Shown piece by piece: positions 29,407-45,388 of a DNA stretch of 64,000 nt. The stretch is from assembly GCA_965153355.1 (NCBI GenBank), contig OZ231126.1, forward strand, positions 25,420,001 to 25,484,000, written 5' to 3'. The number at the start of each line of letters is the position of its first letter. The stretch's first letter is position 1. Under the pieces are notes generated by a model, which worked only from the letters and a program-made list of their open reading frames with translations, searched no databases and was not told where the DNA came from. Both the position numbers and the translations under genes were made by a program. The stretch is from Flaccisagitta enflata (taxonomy: Eukaryota).

Positions 29407-30038
29407 CACTACCAGCCAAAACACGGAATGAGTTGAGATAGAATGATCGTCTCTCACTTTGATAGTTTTTGGGTCATTGTAATGTGTACAATATAAATCT
29501 AAAGGAAACTAAATCATTTTTGGAGCGGTTTTTTAATTATATGCAAAAATGGTGTAAATTTAGTACATTCTTCATCATAACTCTTTGTGGTGATGTTTTC
29601 TGGTATTTTTGACTGCAGATTCAGATTCAGCGAGTGCCTTGCGGTTCGTTTGATATGTCACACTATATAGTTTTGAAAAAGAAATAAAAAATTAATTTTT
29701 TCATCATATTGCTATAAAATACATTTATTTTTAATGATTTCTTCAAAAAATAAGTTTTTACTTCTTTTTCAAAAGTATATAGTGTGACATATCAAACAAA
29801 CCGCAAGCCACCCACTGAGTCCAAATATGCGATCAAAAATACTAAAATAAATCATCACAAAGAGTGATGATGAAAAATGTACTAAATTTGTACTATTTTT
29901 GTATATATTTCAAAAAGCGCCCCAAAAATGATTTAGTTCTTCTCAGATTTCTATTATACACACCACAAGGACTCAAAACCTATCAGAGTTGTAGACGATC
30001 ATTTCAAGTCAACTCATTCCGTGTTCTGGCGGACAGTG
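29407..30038. mobile_element. Fold-back MITE with CAC...GTG termini and 4-bp TSD (Chapaev/CMC-like; copy A only)
   Basis: AACG|CACTACCAGCC...GGCGGACAGTG|AACG; the arms are inverted repeats over most of the length; single AACG at the empty site 61571-61574. Confidence 0.8.
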
Positions 30039-30409
30039 AACGGGTAACTTATTCATTTTTCTTTTTTTAGACGGTCTTTTTGTGTCATCGATAAGTTATC
30101 ATCAAAACCTTTATCAAAGAGGAGCTTTCAGCTGTTGCCTATCTGTTAAGGTAAATGTCATACGATGTGTTTTTTGTCTTATAAGAATGAGAATGGATGT
30201 TAATAGTTGGAAATAAGTGTTGCCGTGGTCAAAGAAGAGTGGCGAAAAGTGGCGTAGGAGAGTGAAATAAAGATCGAGGCTTTTGCGATAGAATGATGAC
30301 CACAGAGGACGGTATTACGGGTCGTTACAACCTGTGGAGGAGTGGAGTGTTGTAGGTCGTGGTACAGGATGATGCACTACCGGATGTGGTGCAATGGATG
30401 TGGGGATGG

Positions 30410-30770
30410 CTACAGAGAGTGATGGTAGGGGATGATTGAAATAACGAATGATGGTGACGAGATGACGGTCATGGTGTTACGGATGGAGATCTGGCAACTG
30501 AGGGTGATGGTCAGGGATGACCAAAACCAAGAATGGTGATTTTGGATGGTGATAAGATGACGGGTATGGTGTTATAGATGGAAAGCTGGCAACTGAGGGT
30601 AATAATATGACATGATGAAGACAAAGAGTGGCAGTATGGGATGGTGACGAGATGACGAGTATGGTGTTATGGATGGAGAGCTGGCAACAGAGGGTGATGG
30701 TATGGGATGACCAAAACCAAGAATGGTGGTTTTGGATGGTGACGAGATGACGGGTATGGTGTTATGGATG
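30410..30770 (+). repeat. Minisatellite, ~95-bp unit (copy B 61925-62390)
   Basis: Recurrent gatggtgacgagatgacgg...gagctggcaactgagggtgatgg. Confidence 0.8.
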
Positions 30771-31605
30771 TAGGGCTATCGTCTCCGGCGGTCCGAAGGC
30801 AAATTTACGCTTGAGGGAATTTGAATAAAGTTGACAGTTCATCACAGCTGATGACTCCGTGTCCCTCCGAGGCCAAACCACGATGACGACGATGACGACG
30901 ATGACGACGACGATGAAAGCAAACGGCGAGGACAATGGACGATGACGACGACGAAGATGACGGGATGATTCATGGAGTTAGGCGTTACCCTACGCGACGG
31001 CGAGTGTTGAACGTCCTGAAGGTGAACGTGATCGCGTGGGACCGGAAGTATATCGAGACACGAATGCTGTGAGTGGGTTAGAGGATGATGTGCATCACGC
31101 GTGGGGAGAGTGGGTGGAGGTGAGCAAAAAAAACATTATGAGTTGTTGTATGTTGTGAATCTGAAGGCGATTTTTTGAAACTACTTAATGGAAACGGTGG
31201 AACAACTGGAAAATTTCAACATCCAAATGCACGTGTGACCTCATCGTATGTTTGGTGAAATTTAGACAACAGAACTGAGAAAAGTACGGAGCATGTCTAG
31301 TGTATGGGGAGCTGGAGTGTGATAATTGCCTGTACTGCCACATGTGAGTTGGGAAGGGTCGATTCAACTTGTTCTAATGATAGTTTGTCTTTTGGGAAGC
31401 TGGTACAGTTACAGCCTGCTATAACAGACCCAAGAGACATAAGAATATATAAATAATAAACACAGATTTCTGGTTACATAACGCCATTTTTTAAAGCAGA
31501 AAAAACAGAAATCTGCCCTAGACAGATTAATTTTGTTGGTTCCTTGACAACACCTAGCTAGATAAGAATACAATGCAATGGTGACAATGGCAGTTTCGTA
31601 GCAAT

Positions 31606-31801
31606 AACAAGGCCGGATACATGGCTACCCCAGTCGCGTGCGGGTGGGCAGGGGCCATAATTGAGGTCAGTGAAACATTTGGGCAGGAGCAATAAGGCCA
31701 AAACCCCCATTAACGCCAAAAAAGTAAAGTGTGACAGACGGAGGGACCGACGGACGGACCGACAAAGCGGGGTGTAGAGTCGCGTAGCACGCGACTAAAA
31801 A
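31606..31801 (-). mobile_element. HINE-like family 1 copy (partly deleted in copy B, 63231-63329)
   Basis: Full-length match. Copy B lacks the part between two AAAA runs. Confidence 0.8.
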
Positions 31802-31999
31802 CAATTATGGAGTTTATGCCAATGTATGCTATAACCATATCCACGGTCATGACAGCAACAAAAACGATGACAACGAAGAAAACGATGAAGTGAAAAAAAT
31901 GTCGACGATTTTGACAATGATTAGTTTTGGATACAAAAGAGACGAGATGAAGGACTGGCTTCTATGGTGGTACTGAAAGGCACAATGAAGTAGGGACTG

Positions 32000-32136
<137 letters not shown>

Positions 32137-32282
32137 CACTTTATTTATTGGGAGGAGATGTTGTCCATCAAAATCTGAGGAAGATGTCCTAAGGGCAAAA
32201 ACGAGTCGAAGAAAAACGGAAACAGAAATGACAAACGATGACAGTCACGATGACAGTCGTGACAGTGATGGTGGGCATGGTC

Positions 32283-33210
<928 letters not shown>

Positions 33211-33589
33211 ATGATAATGACAAACTTGAAGGAAATGATGATACTTTGTAGTTTCATGAGAGCTAACCCATGAATTTCGGATCTGATTGTGTCACATAAG
33301 CGATGAAATGATAGTAAAAACCGAATTTCTACATCCCTAATTACTTTTTCTCTTCCTCTCTTTCTCTCTATCTTGCTTTTTCCTTCTCTCTTTTTTTATT
33401 GCCGTTTTAACATCCTTTTTTCTTTTTGTTTGCTCTTTTTTTCACACAATTTCTTTTTTTTTCCGCTTTTTAGTTGCTTTTTTCATCTTTCGAACTGATG
33501 ACGTGAGCCCCTTTTTTTGCCACTGATTGGATTAAATTTTCACACTCTTCAAATGCTATTCAAATTCGTTTCTCTCGTTCATCTCTCTC

Positions 33590-33711
<122 letters not shown>

Positions 33712-34115
33712 GCTCTTTCCTTTGTGTATCCTTTCTTTTTATCATGTCTTGCGCCTTTCTTCTCTTTTCTGCACGAAGTCAACTTTACGAATCCGAAATA
33801 AACACAAACAGTTGAAATTCGTTCTAACAAGCTCCAATGTTTTTTTTATTAAAGGCAGTTTTCTTAATAGCCATTAGCCAATATATGAAGTAAAAAGTTT
33901 TCTCTAAAAGGATATAATGTTCACCAGTGTTCGCTGGAACATCATCCGACTGTACATTTGAACGCATTTGCATGTTTGGTAATAGCAAATATATGCATGC
34001 ATTGTGCACTCAAAACATCGACGAGTATTTTCCGCGTGAGGCATCGGCTACCTTTGGATATCCTCGTCAAAGATATCTCCATTTCGTCAGTCCCTCAACT
34101 TCCAGGAAAAAAGGA

Positions 34116-34177
<62 letters not shown>

Positions 34178-35269
34178 TGAAACGAGCTTCTCTACAGATT
34201 TGAAATGTTTCAACTCTAGGGATTTAATCAGCTTAACTTCTCTCCTTTTCTTATGCCCATTTTCTTCTATTTCTTCTTCTTTTCTTTTCTTAATTCTGTT
34301 TTCATGTATTCCTGTGTGTTTCCCTTTATCTGTTTTTCTTCGTTTTTCCTCTCTAAGTTAGTATCTCTTTTTATTCTCTCTTTTCTTTTTTTTCTTCCAT
34401 GTGCTCTTGTTTCTTTCCGTCCTTTATTTCCGTACATCATTTTAAGTCGCCTGTGTATAAAGTTCGCCAATTCGAGTCTATTCGTGAGCGGTTTGCATGT
34501 GATCATTGCATTGGTTCCTTTTTGGTCCTTTATGGTTACACGTTGCTATGTCGGTTCGTTGGTCCGTCGTAAAAATCATTGAAATCTAGTCGTTCGTTGT
34601 CGTTTGTTTTTTAGGTCATTTAAGCGTTAGTAAGTGTGAAATACTTCTGTACTGTAGTTTTGTAGTACCATTTAGTACTGCCCCTGCCCACCGTTCGCGA
34701 CTTTGGGCCGGGGTTGGGCTTGTTTACTTCCACCCCTCCTTTATTTTCATATGCTTTCCCCTATAATTTCTAGTCGCGTGCACGCGACTCTACACGTTGG
34801 TCTATAATGTCCGTAATATTTTAGATTCTGGACTTTTTGGGATATATGTATACGTACGGTAAAATGGGTTGTTCTTAAAGTCAGATAAGTCATTTTCTAG
34901 TTCATTTGTTAAATTTTTGTTTTTTTGTTATTTTTTGTTCATTTGTTCATTCTTTTATCAGTTTTCGTTTATTTGTCATTTATTAGTAAGAAAGAATTGG
35001 GTATCATAGGAAGGTCAAAAGGAAGGACGGAAGGGATGATGGATGGAAGGAAGTATGGATGAGTGGAAGGATGGAAGGAAGGAATGAAGGAAGGAAAGAT
35101 TGATGGAAGGAAGGAAAAATAGTCGCAAAAGCGTTAGATGGTCAGGGGTACCCGTTGCCCCTATGTGAGGATGATGTGTGATGGGGAGAGGGGCAGCGGC
35201 CCCGAATGGGCCAATGACCTATGCTTAGTAGGTTTTGAAGCTCTAGGCTTGAATTTGAGCATCAATTAT

Positions 35270-35790
35270 GGGATCTAAGTCCCAAGGCTGTGATTTGAGC
35301 CTCGAGGTTGTGACTTTAGCCTTTGAGCCTTCTAGCCTTTGAGCCAAGATGCTGAGATTTGAGCCTTGAGGCTGGGATTTGACCCTCAAAGCAGGGATTT
35401 GAGCCTTGAGGCTTTGATCTGAGCCAAGATGCTGGGATTTGAGCCTTGAGGCTGGTATTAGAGCCTCAAGGCTGGGATTTTAGCCTTGGGACTGGGATTT
35501 GAGCCTCGGGACTGGGGTTTGAGCCTCCAGGCTGGGGTTTGAGCCTTGAGGCCGGGAGTTGAGCCTCTAGGCTTGGGTTTGAGCCTCATGGCTGAGATTT
35601 GAGCCTTGAGGTTGGGATTTGAGCCTTAAGGCTGGGGTTTGTACCTCGGGACTGGGATTTGAGCCTTCAGGCTGGGGTTTGAGCCTTGGGGCTGGGGTTT
35701 GTGCCTCCAGGCTTGGGTTTGAGCCTCATGGCAGGGATTTGAGCCTTGAGGTTGGGATTTGAGCCTCGAGGCTGGAATTTGAGCCTCAAG
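35270..35790 (+). repeat. 20-bp minisatellite (gagccttgaggctgggattt)n
   Basis: About 25 tandem units; degenerate relatives at 3640-3995 and 51455-51505. Confidence 0.85.
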
Positions 35791-35809
35791 GGGGGAACAT
35801 ATGGAGGAG

Positions 35810-36395
35810 AACTAGTCATCCAAGGATCGCCCTGCTTGGAGTGATCAAGTGAAGTAGTAGAGAGAGAGCAGGGCAGCGGCCCCAAAGGGCCAATGTCCTG
35901 TAGGACACAGGGGGGAATTTCGAGACGTCCTGAGGAATATTAGGTCTGAGAAGATGGATAGAGGTCATGAAGGCGGTTTTGAAGCCTGGAGGGCAGAATT
36001 AGGTTCTAAAGAGTAGATTTGAGGTTTGAGGGGCAGGCCTGAGGCCCAGAGGACAAATTTGAGGCCTAAAGAGCTGATGTGAGGCCTGGAGGGTGGATTT
36101 GGGGTATGGAGGGCTAATTTGAGGTCTGGAGGGCAGATATGAGGTCTGGAGAGCTGATTTAAGGTCTCAAGGGCTAAATTGAGGTCTGAAAGGGCTATTC
36201 GGCCTATTCTGATGGCTCAGAGGGCCAAAATCAGGCCTGAGAGAGCAAAATTAAGGCCCCCCACGGCCAAGGGGGGATGGACGGACGGACGGAAGGACGG
36301 AAGGACGGAAGGACGGAAGGACGGAAGGACGGACATCTCGAAATTCCCCCCTGTGTCCTAAAGGACATCGGCCCTTTGGGGCCGCTGCCCAAAAA
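35810..36395 (-). mobile_element. HINE-like family 2 copy nested in a related element (about 35117-36462)
   Basis: Long subterminal IR GGGCAGCGGCCCCAAAGGGCC..TGTCCT..AGGACACAGGGGG, a (GACG/GAAG)n tract and an internal 20-bp minisatellite; same family as 19347-21195 and 49976-50381. Confidence 0.65.
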
Positions 36396-36886
36396 GGAGG
36401 AGGAGAAATTTCCCCTATGTGTGAAAGCATAGGTCATCAGCCCTTTGGGGCCGCTGCCCAAAGGAAGGAAGGAAGGAAGGAAGGAAGGAAGGAAGGAAGG
36501 AAGGAAGGATGGAAGGAAGGAAGGAATGAAAGAAATAACAAAGGAAGGAAGGAAGGAAGGAAGGTAGGTAGGGAGGAAGGGTGGGAGGAAGGGAAGAAGG
36601 AGTGTGTATGTATGTTGTAACGTATCTGTAAAACGGAGCACGTGACTGTTTGCCTGTTGGGCTTGTTTTATTATTCCTATATCATTAACCAGTTTGTCGA
36701 CAGTCTCTAGATAATAATTCATAGTTGTATAAGTTGATAATATTTCTAGTAATCTCTAATGGACAAAGGTTTTGATACCTGTTGATGAAAAATTGTCATG
36801 CGTGAGGAGTAACAAATTACTATCATAAGTTCAGAGTCATTGTTTTGATGTAGGACTCTTAGGAGTCTGTTTTGGTTGCTTTACTA

Positions 36887-37859
<973 letters not shown>

Positions 37860-38494
37860 ATGGCAAGTTGAAAACTGTCATACACAATTTTTTTTTTTTT
37901 GAAAATAAATCGTGTTCGAAGTTTCTCTCTTACCCTCGATGATCTCTCGTGACCACGAGTGAAATGAGTTTCCACGTTATCGCAGGAACGAGGAAATGGG
38001 GTCAAAGTTTCAGGTCAGCTCGTGTTATGCAAATTTTTCAAAATTCAAATTTTTCACTCGCCTAATCTATTTTAACCATTCTTTCGTGAAAGGGGCGGTG
38101 CAGTGGACGAGCGGGAAGGGCCGAAGTCGGTTGAGGTATGAACTGAGGAGGAGGATATGTTGGGGTGCAGGGACGGAGCCGAAGCTTCCGATAATGGGAC
38201 AAATTCAAGGGAAAATTTCAAGAAACTTAAGCTACAGATGTCCGAATGGTTTGTGTATGATAATCATGATGAAGACTTCTACATATGACACGATGAAAGT
38301 TATCGTGACACTTCAGTTTCACCAGGGGCAAAAAATCCAACATTTTTTTTTCTAAAAATGCATGATTCACCTGATAGTACATGTTAAACTGGGTAATTAA
38401 CAGAAAAAATTAATGCAAAATCTCATCAAATAAAAAAATTACAGCTATTTTTAGACGAAGATACAGATTTTGACCATTTTGGCCCATTTTTGGC

Positions 38495-38790
38495 TTATAC
38501 ATCGCTTTATCGCTTTATCACCGTCTCATACACTGCTTTATCACTGCCTTATATGCCGCGATATTCATCACCTTATACGCCAATATAGTCACAGCTATAT
38601 ACGCCAATATATTCACCTTCTTATACATCGCTTTATCACTGCCTTATACACCACTTTATTACTGCCTTATACGCCACAATATTCATCGCCTTATACGCCA
38701 ATATATTCATAGCCATATATGCCAATATATTCACCTTCTTATACATCGCTTTATCACCGTCTTATACGCCGCTTCATTCGCCGCCTTACT
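38495..38790 (+). repeat. ~22-bp minisatellite
   Basis: Recurrent cttatacgccaatatattca. Confidence 0.75.
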
Positions 38791-39039
38791 ATCTTAAAAA
38801 TAAAAAGGTTCCAACCCGTAACATTAGTTCATTTATTGACACAAAAATGAAAACAAATCAATTGCAAATCCATGAATGTTTAGTTTTAGCCCCCTTTCAC
38901 TGAATTACCGCCGCTGTTCATCAGGGAAGTAGTCTGCAGAGCCTCTCCAGGTACTATGGAGTGGTAGTGTTCCAAACCTTTCTAGCGATATTTTCTCAAT
39001 CCCTTTTTTTGCTATGTTTACACTTGTAGCTACAAAGGG

Positions 39040-39327
39040 ATTCAACAAATAGTAGAAAAATTGGTGACATAAATGTAGCCCTTCAAATTTGCAAGCAGTC
39101 TATGCAAACCGCATCTGTCTAGCTCAATGCATTTAGAGGTAAATTAAAAAAGTAAAGTCTTGTCAGTTAAAGATTTTGTAGAAATAGTAAAAGCAAAATT
39201 GAAACATTTCATTCAACGTTGAATGACTTTTGAATACATTGAGCTAGAGACATGCGGTTTGCATAGATTACTTGCAAATTTTGAGGGCTTTAATAATCTT
39301 ACCAATTTTTTGATTATTCGTTGATTC
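39040..39327. mobile_element. Fold-back MITE-like inverted repeat
   Basis: TCTATGCAAACCGCAT..CTAGCTCAATG is inverted at 39237-39267 and the match extends outward imperfectly. Confidence 0.6.
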
Positions 39328-39346
39328 TAGCCAAGAGGTATGCATA

Positions 39347-39549
39347 AACAAGGCCAGATGCAGCACCCACAGTACGTGCGGGTGAGCAGGAGCCTGGTAG
39401 GAATCAGTGGAACATTTGGGCAGGAGCAATAAAGCCAAAGCCTTTGTACACATGAAAAAGAAGTAAGTGTGACAGACCGACAGACCGACCGACGGACGGA
39501 CGAAGCCTCTTAAAGCGGGGTGTAGAGTCGCGTAGCACGCAACTAAAAA
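39347..39549 (-). mobile_element. HINE-like family 1 copy
   Basis: Diverged full-length match. Confidence 0.7.
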
Positions 39550-40291
39550 GTGCGGGAACCTTTTTATTTCTAAGATAGTTGTACAATCCTCAATCAACAC
39601 TCACAACGCCATTTCACCACCGTAAAACTCCGAGATGTATACTCGCCACCTTAAGCGCCGCCAAATTCTCTTTCTTAAGCGAGGCTTCATTCTTTACGTG
39701 CTTCCGTACAATCGCCTCAGCGTTTCATTGGCGGTCGTATTCATTCTTTTTTTTTTATTTTTTTTTCCTGATATCGTTTAGAACTTACAACAACGCGACG
39801 TCGGCGTCTAGCTCCATCCACCCCCCCCCCCTCCGTCCTTTCTCACACACAACAGACTGACGGACCAATCTACAGACAAAGTTCTCGCTAGTCCGCTTCA
39901 TCACTACCTAAGCGATACTTACACAGTGTCACTGCCGTGCAGCTGCGCTTCAGTTATTTGCTACGGAAGTGAGCCGCGCTCAACGCCTCTCTGTCTTTTG
40001 TTGATCGCTGAAATGATACTTTAAGATATAGCAACCAAGACGGCATTTTGCCCGTGGGTCGTGGGTCGCGCGTGCGTGCGCGGAACTCTACATGTCTAGC
40101 CATCTGTAAGACAGTCCGTTGGTTTGTCTGTCTATCCAACTGCCAAACAGTCTGTATTTTCTCCGACCTTAACTTTTTTTTTTGTTCCCCAGCATGATAA
40201 CAATTGAAAGACACTGCCTCTCTTAAAGATGGGAGGACGCATCTAACAAGAGCTTGTCAGCTCCAAATCACTTTGAGATGACGAGTCAAAA

Positions 40292-40706
40292 CTACGCGAA
40301 AAAAAAGACGCACTTTTGAAAGGTTGACCAGGCCATTGAAACTCATATTAAAATTCTAGGTCGTTAGAATGCCCTTGGAATATACTTTCATTTGGCGCCA
40401 ATCTGGTATTTCTATTTTTTTTTTTTTTTTTTTTTTTTTTTTGGAAATGGCATTAGTTTAAGTAAACATTTTGCTGATTTCGATTTTGCAGTTGCATAAA
40501 AAAAGTGCATTTCAGCAAAATGGTTCTTCACTTTGACTGGCTCTAGCTCCTAAACGGTTAAACTTACAGACCTGAGATTGGTCTAGAATGAAAGATCTTT
40601 TTAAGATCTTTAAAATCATTTCAACTGACAAATGTTTCTAGAGATTTTTGAATCTCTTTTGTTAACAAATACAAAGGTGCGTCTTTTCATTTTTAATTCG
40701 CGCAGT
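40292..40706. mobile_element. Degenerate MITE
   Basis: CTACGCGAA..AAGACGCAC versus GTGCGTCTT..TTCGCGCAG inverted termini. Confidence 0.45.
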
Positions 40707-41175
40707 ACTGTTCCTACCGGGTCAGCTTGATCGCTTTGGTCTTGTTCAAATACTGCTTGTCCCTGCAAAATTACAGTTCAGTATCTTAATTCCGTCTTTT
40801 TTAATCCTATGATAAGTGAAGATTTCTATACCAGTTTTATAAAAGCAAATATCAAAAAATGATTTGAGTTGGTTATGGATAAATTGGATATCTTTCCCGC
40901 AACCCTAGCGCCCATGCTCAAACGCGATAGAGAAAAAACAAGATAAAAATTCCATCGAAAAATACTTCCGGGTGTCATGACCCCATTTTATTCCTCCCTC
41001 ATCCCATATCAATCACGATTCTTCTTCCTCTTCTCTGTCTTCGCCTCTGTATCTCTGTCTCTGTCTCTGTCTCTCTGTCTCTCTGTCTCTCTGTCTCTCT
41101 GTCTCTCTGTCTCTGTCTCTCTGTCTCTCTGTCTCTGTCTCTCTGTCTCTCTTTGTCTCTCTCTGTCTCTGTCTC

Positions 41176-41293
<118 letters not shown>

Positions 41294-41335
41294 CTAAGTT
41301 TTACCCATGTCTCTGATTGTTTCTTCTAGTGATTA

Positions 41336-42066
41336 AATAAGGCCGAATACACAGCTACCGAAGTCGCGTGCGGGTGGGCAGGGGATATATTTGAGGTCAC
41401 CAGACCATTTGGGCAGGAGCAGTGAGAAATGAAATCCTAAAAAAAGTAAAGTGTGTCCAACCGACCGACCAACCGACCGACCGACGTTCAAAGTGGGTTG
41501 TAGAGTCAAGTGCACGCGACTAAAAATGAGGCGATTATGATTCTCATTCATGTGATCCTACAAGTCAGATGGATGGTTTTTCTATCAACCTAAAATCTAA
41601 AACCCGCTATGTCCATCAGTCGGTTGATAATACTTTACATATTTACTATTTCAGCATTTAGGGCAGTTTTTGCATTGCTGCTCCTGCCCAATTGCTTGGA
41701 TAGCCTTTCCTATCATAGCCCCTACCTTGTGCCTACTCGCGAGCATCATCCATCGGCCACTAGATAGGTTGCTTCGTCAACCAGTCAGTGGACCATGTCT
41801 TAGTGGAATTCTTCTGACCCAGCATCGCAAGATGATCAAAAACAAGGCGGGATACACGGCTACCAAAGTCACGTGCGGGTGGGCAGGGGCCATGTTTGAG
41901 GTTACCAGACCATTTGGGCAGGAGCAGTGAGGTCAAAGAAATAGAATCATGAAAAAAAGTGAAGTGTGAGTGACCGATCAACCAACTGACAGACGGACGG
42001 ACAGATGAACTGACGGATGGACGGACGGACGGACGGACAAAGCGGGTTGTAGAGTCACGTGCAGCC
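41336..42066 (-). mobile_element. Cluster of HINE-like family 1 copies (41336-41526 and 41841-42066, plus a degenerate opposite-strand copy between them)
   Basis: Conserved termini and (GACC/GACG)n tracts. Further degenerate copies lie at about 2289-2544, 15620-15862, 44817-44973, 47616-47840 and from 60485. Confidence 0.7.
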
Positions 42067-42775
42067 ACAATTGAGGCCCAACAAAGTCCTCAAAGTCCAA
42101 GCTTGACCTAAGAACTGGGAATTTTTTCTTCCCAGGCTCATTTTCCACCATCGTGCTCCTCACGCCGCATATATGACGCCAGCCCAAATGTAGCCGCTAT
42201 ACGGTGCCTTACAGCGGAAGTTACGTCGACCTACACATCATAACTTGCTTCAAATTGTTTGGTATCAGTTCATAAAACCAACAACGTTATGAGTCACCTT
42301 ATGTTTCCCGCTGTAAGTTACTGTTATTGCTCCCGCAGCTTCCATTTTCTCAATTTCTTTTTCCTCTCTTCCTCTGCTCTTCCTTTCCTCCCTACTTAAC
42401 TCCCAAAAATAAAGGCAATTGCGCTGTCCTCTGTCTGTCTTTCAGTCTTCGTCTTTTTTTCTAGTATTAGATTCATAGTTTCATTGGTCTGAGTTAGATA
42501 CTTTTAGATACTTTGTCCACCTTGTTGATTTGAATCAAAGCATACATTTACAGTTAGGGCCTAATTTAATCTTCATTCGTTGAGAAAAATTTTTTTCATT
42601 AGAGCTCCTTACTCAATGGATTGAGCTCTAAATGGTCTTGGATGACAAAAAATAAAAAAAAGTTTGGAAGATATGTTTTAGTTTTCTTTTTTTTTTTCTT
42701 TTCTTTTTTTCTTTCCTTTTTCATTTTTTTTTCATTTTTTTTCTTTTTCTTTTTCTTTTTCTTATTCCTTTTTTA

Positions 42776-42837
<62 letters not shown>

Positions 42838-43203
42838 CTCTTTCTTTCTTTTTAGATGCGTCCACACATCTCTATAAGAGGCTTTGGCTGTCCATTGGTC
42901 CGTCCATTGGTTTGTCCATCTGTCTGTCCATCTGTCTGTCCGTCTATCTCTCTGTACTACACAAGTCCAAAACTCATGAAAATCACCAAAAATGTTAAGT
43001 CATTGCATCATTCTATGCAGGTGGACGTATCGTTGTACCCCCAGGGTACTCTGTTTCTTTCTTCCTTTTTCTTTCTTTTTCTTCTTTCTCTAACTTTTTC
43101 TTTCTCTTTTTCTCTCTTTCCAATCTCTCTGTCTATTTGTCTGTCTTTCTTCCTTTTTTTTTTTTCTCTCTTTCTTTTTTCTTTCTTTCTTTCTTTCTTT
43201 TTT

Positions 43204-43235
<32 letters not shown>

Positions 43236-43265
43236 TCCCTCTCTTTCTCTTTCTCTTTCTCTTTC

Positions 43266-43399
<134 letters not shown>

Positions 43400-43842
43400 G
43401 AGATTCTGCTCAAAGAGTTTTTTGATCCAGGTAAGGCAAGAGAACAGCATCTGCTGTAAGTCCACTAAGGTCCAACCTTATAACTTTGTTGTCTTTTCTT
43501 CTTTATGAGGGAATGAAAAAGAATTGTTATCAGTGTAATCCCGCTATAACCGTCCGCGTTGCGGGACCATACAGCGGCCCCATTTTAGGCCACGTCATAT
43601 CTCTCACGCCGCTCGTTTTCGTCCACCAACCGTAAAACTACTGACAAAGCAGCTCTCCTTTTACTCGTTGACTCTTTAATGTAGTTATTGCTTTTGATGA
43701 CATTAAACCTTGTCATCGCAATTGCTAAATTAGTAGTCCGATGATTAATTTTCAGTCAGTGATTTTTTCCAGAAATAATATCGGCAACAAACACTTAAAG
43801 CTCAAGCAATAATAACAGCAACAACAACAATAGCAACAACAG

Positions 43843-43877
<35 letters not shown>

Positions 43878-44093
43878 TTACAAAACTCAGCAACACCATT
43901 AACAACAACAGTTGTATTTTCCAAACATAAGAAAGGGAAAAAATACTTATTTTTCAAGAGTCAAGGAATGATCACTTTACAGCAACCACAACAGCAACAA
44001 ACAACAGCATCAGCAAACTAGAACATCAGTAAACTACAACATCAGCCAACTACAACAACAACAATGGAAAACAACAACAACAACAACAAAAAT

Positions 44094-44124
<31 letters not shown>

Positions 44125-44987
44125 GCAACAGCAACAACAACAACAGCAACAGCAGCCATGACAGCAACAGCAACAGCAACAGCGGTTGGAACAGGAACAA
44201 ACTGCCGAGAATTTGAATTTTATGCTCGATACGGGGCCCCAGGGCTCAAAAACACCCATTTTGATGGCAAAATGTTTGAAATCTTTATGAATATGCTTTG
44301 TTTTATTGACAAAATCAATCAGAGTGGCTTTTGTGTTTATTTTGAGAGAAACATATTTAAACACCACCAATATGCCAAAAAGTGGCTGAAATATGTCGAA
44401 ATTGGTATTATATGCTCGTTCAGGGCAAATGTTGTGGGGTGCCCGATCATTTTACAGCCTCGGGACCATCACCACTGGCTTCAGCACGAAAAAAGGTCCC
44501 AGAAACGCTTTTTCTACCACTTGATTTCTCAAAATGGTACTTTTCTGGACCATACTACTACTCGCACGCGACTTGGACAGCTGCTTACCCAGCCTTGCTT
44601 AACTCGTAAAGTTTCTGATTTAGTAGAGAATTGAGGAATCCTCAATGAGGATGCGATGAAAAAGCAGGGGTGTATAAAGTTGAGCGGCCTTCGATTTCTT
44701 TCCCCCTGGTCTTTGATTTCCCAAAAAATGGTTTGATTTTCTAGTGTTAGATTCTGTTGTAGTGGTCAAATGTTATCTTTTGTAACTGTCAAAAGTGTAA
44801 AATATTCATCAATTTTGTTTTTAGTTGCGGACACGCAACTCTATGAAACTTTGTCCGTCCGTCAGTTGGTTGGTCGGTCCGTCATGTTGATCGGGATTGG
44901 AAAGTATGAAAACGCACATTTCACTTCCCTGCTTACCTGTCATAACTGGTATTTACCGTGTATCCGGCCTTGTTGTACTGCTTCTAC

Positions 44988-45388
44988 TTTTTAAATGTCA
45001 CGCATCTCTACCAAAAGGCTTTGTCGTCCGTCCCAGGTCTGTCCGTCCATCCCGTCCGTTCGTCATTAGTCCATCCATCTATCGTCTATCCGTCCGTCCG
45101 TCCGTCCGTCAATCCATCCGTCTATCTGGTCATCAGTCCGTCCGTCCGTCCGTCCGTCCGTCCGTCCGTCCGTCCGTTCATTTGCTGGTCCGTCTGTCCT
45201 TTGATCCGTAAAACACAAGTCGAAAGTGGTTAAAACTCAAGAAAATCACCCAAAATGTTAAGTCATTTTATCATTCCACACGATTGATGCAATATTGCAT
45301 CATTCTGCACGACTTGAGTTTTGGAAAGGATGTCATTAACGAGCTAAGCAGCATGTGGACGCATCGTTGTACCCCCGGGGTACTTGTT
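44988..45388 (+). mobile_element. HINE-like family 3 copy (also 42850-43055)
   Basis: T-run start, (GTCC)n, subterminal GGACGCATC, 3' hairpin GTACCCCcGGGGTAC, then TTGTT. Confidence 0.65.

Noticed and set aside
44158-44634. 158-aa ORF
   Set aside because: It begins in a CAA/CAG repeat, has no recognisable motif and is probably non-coding TE interior.
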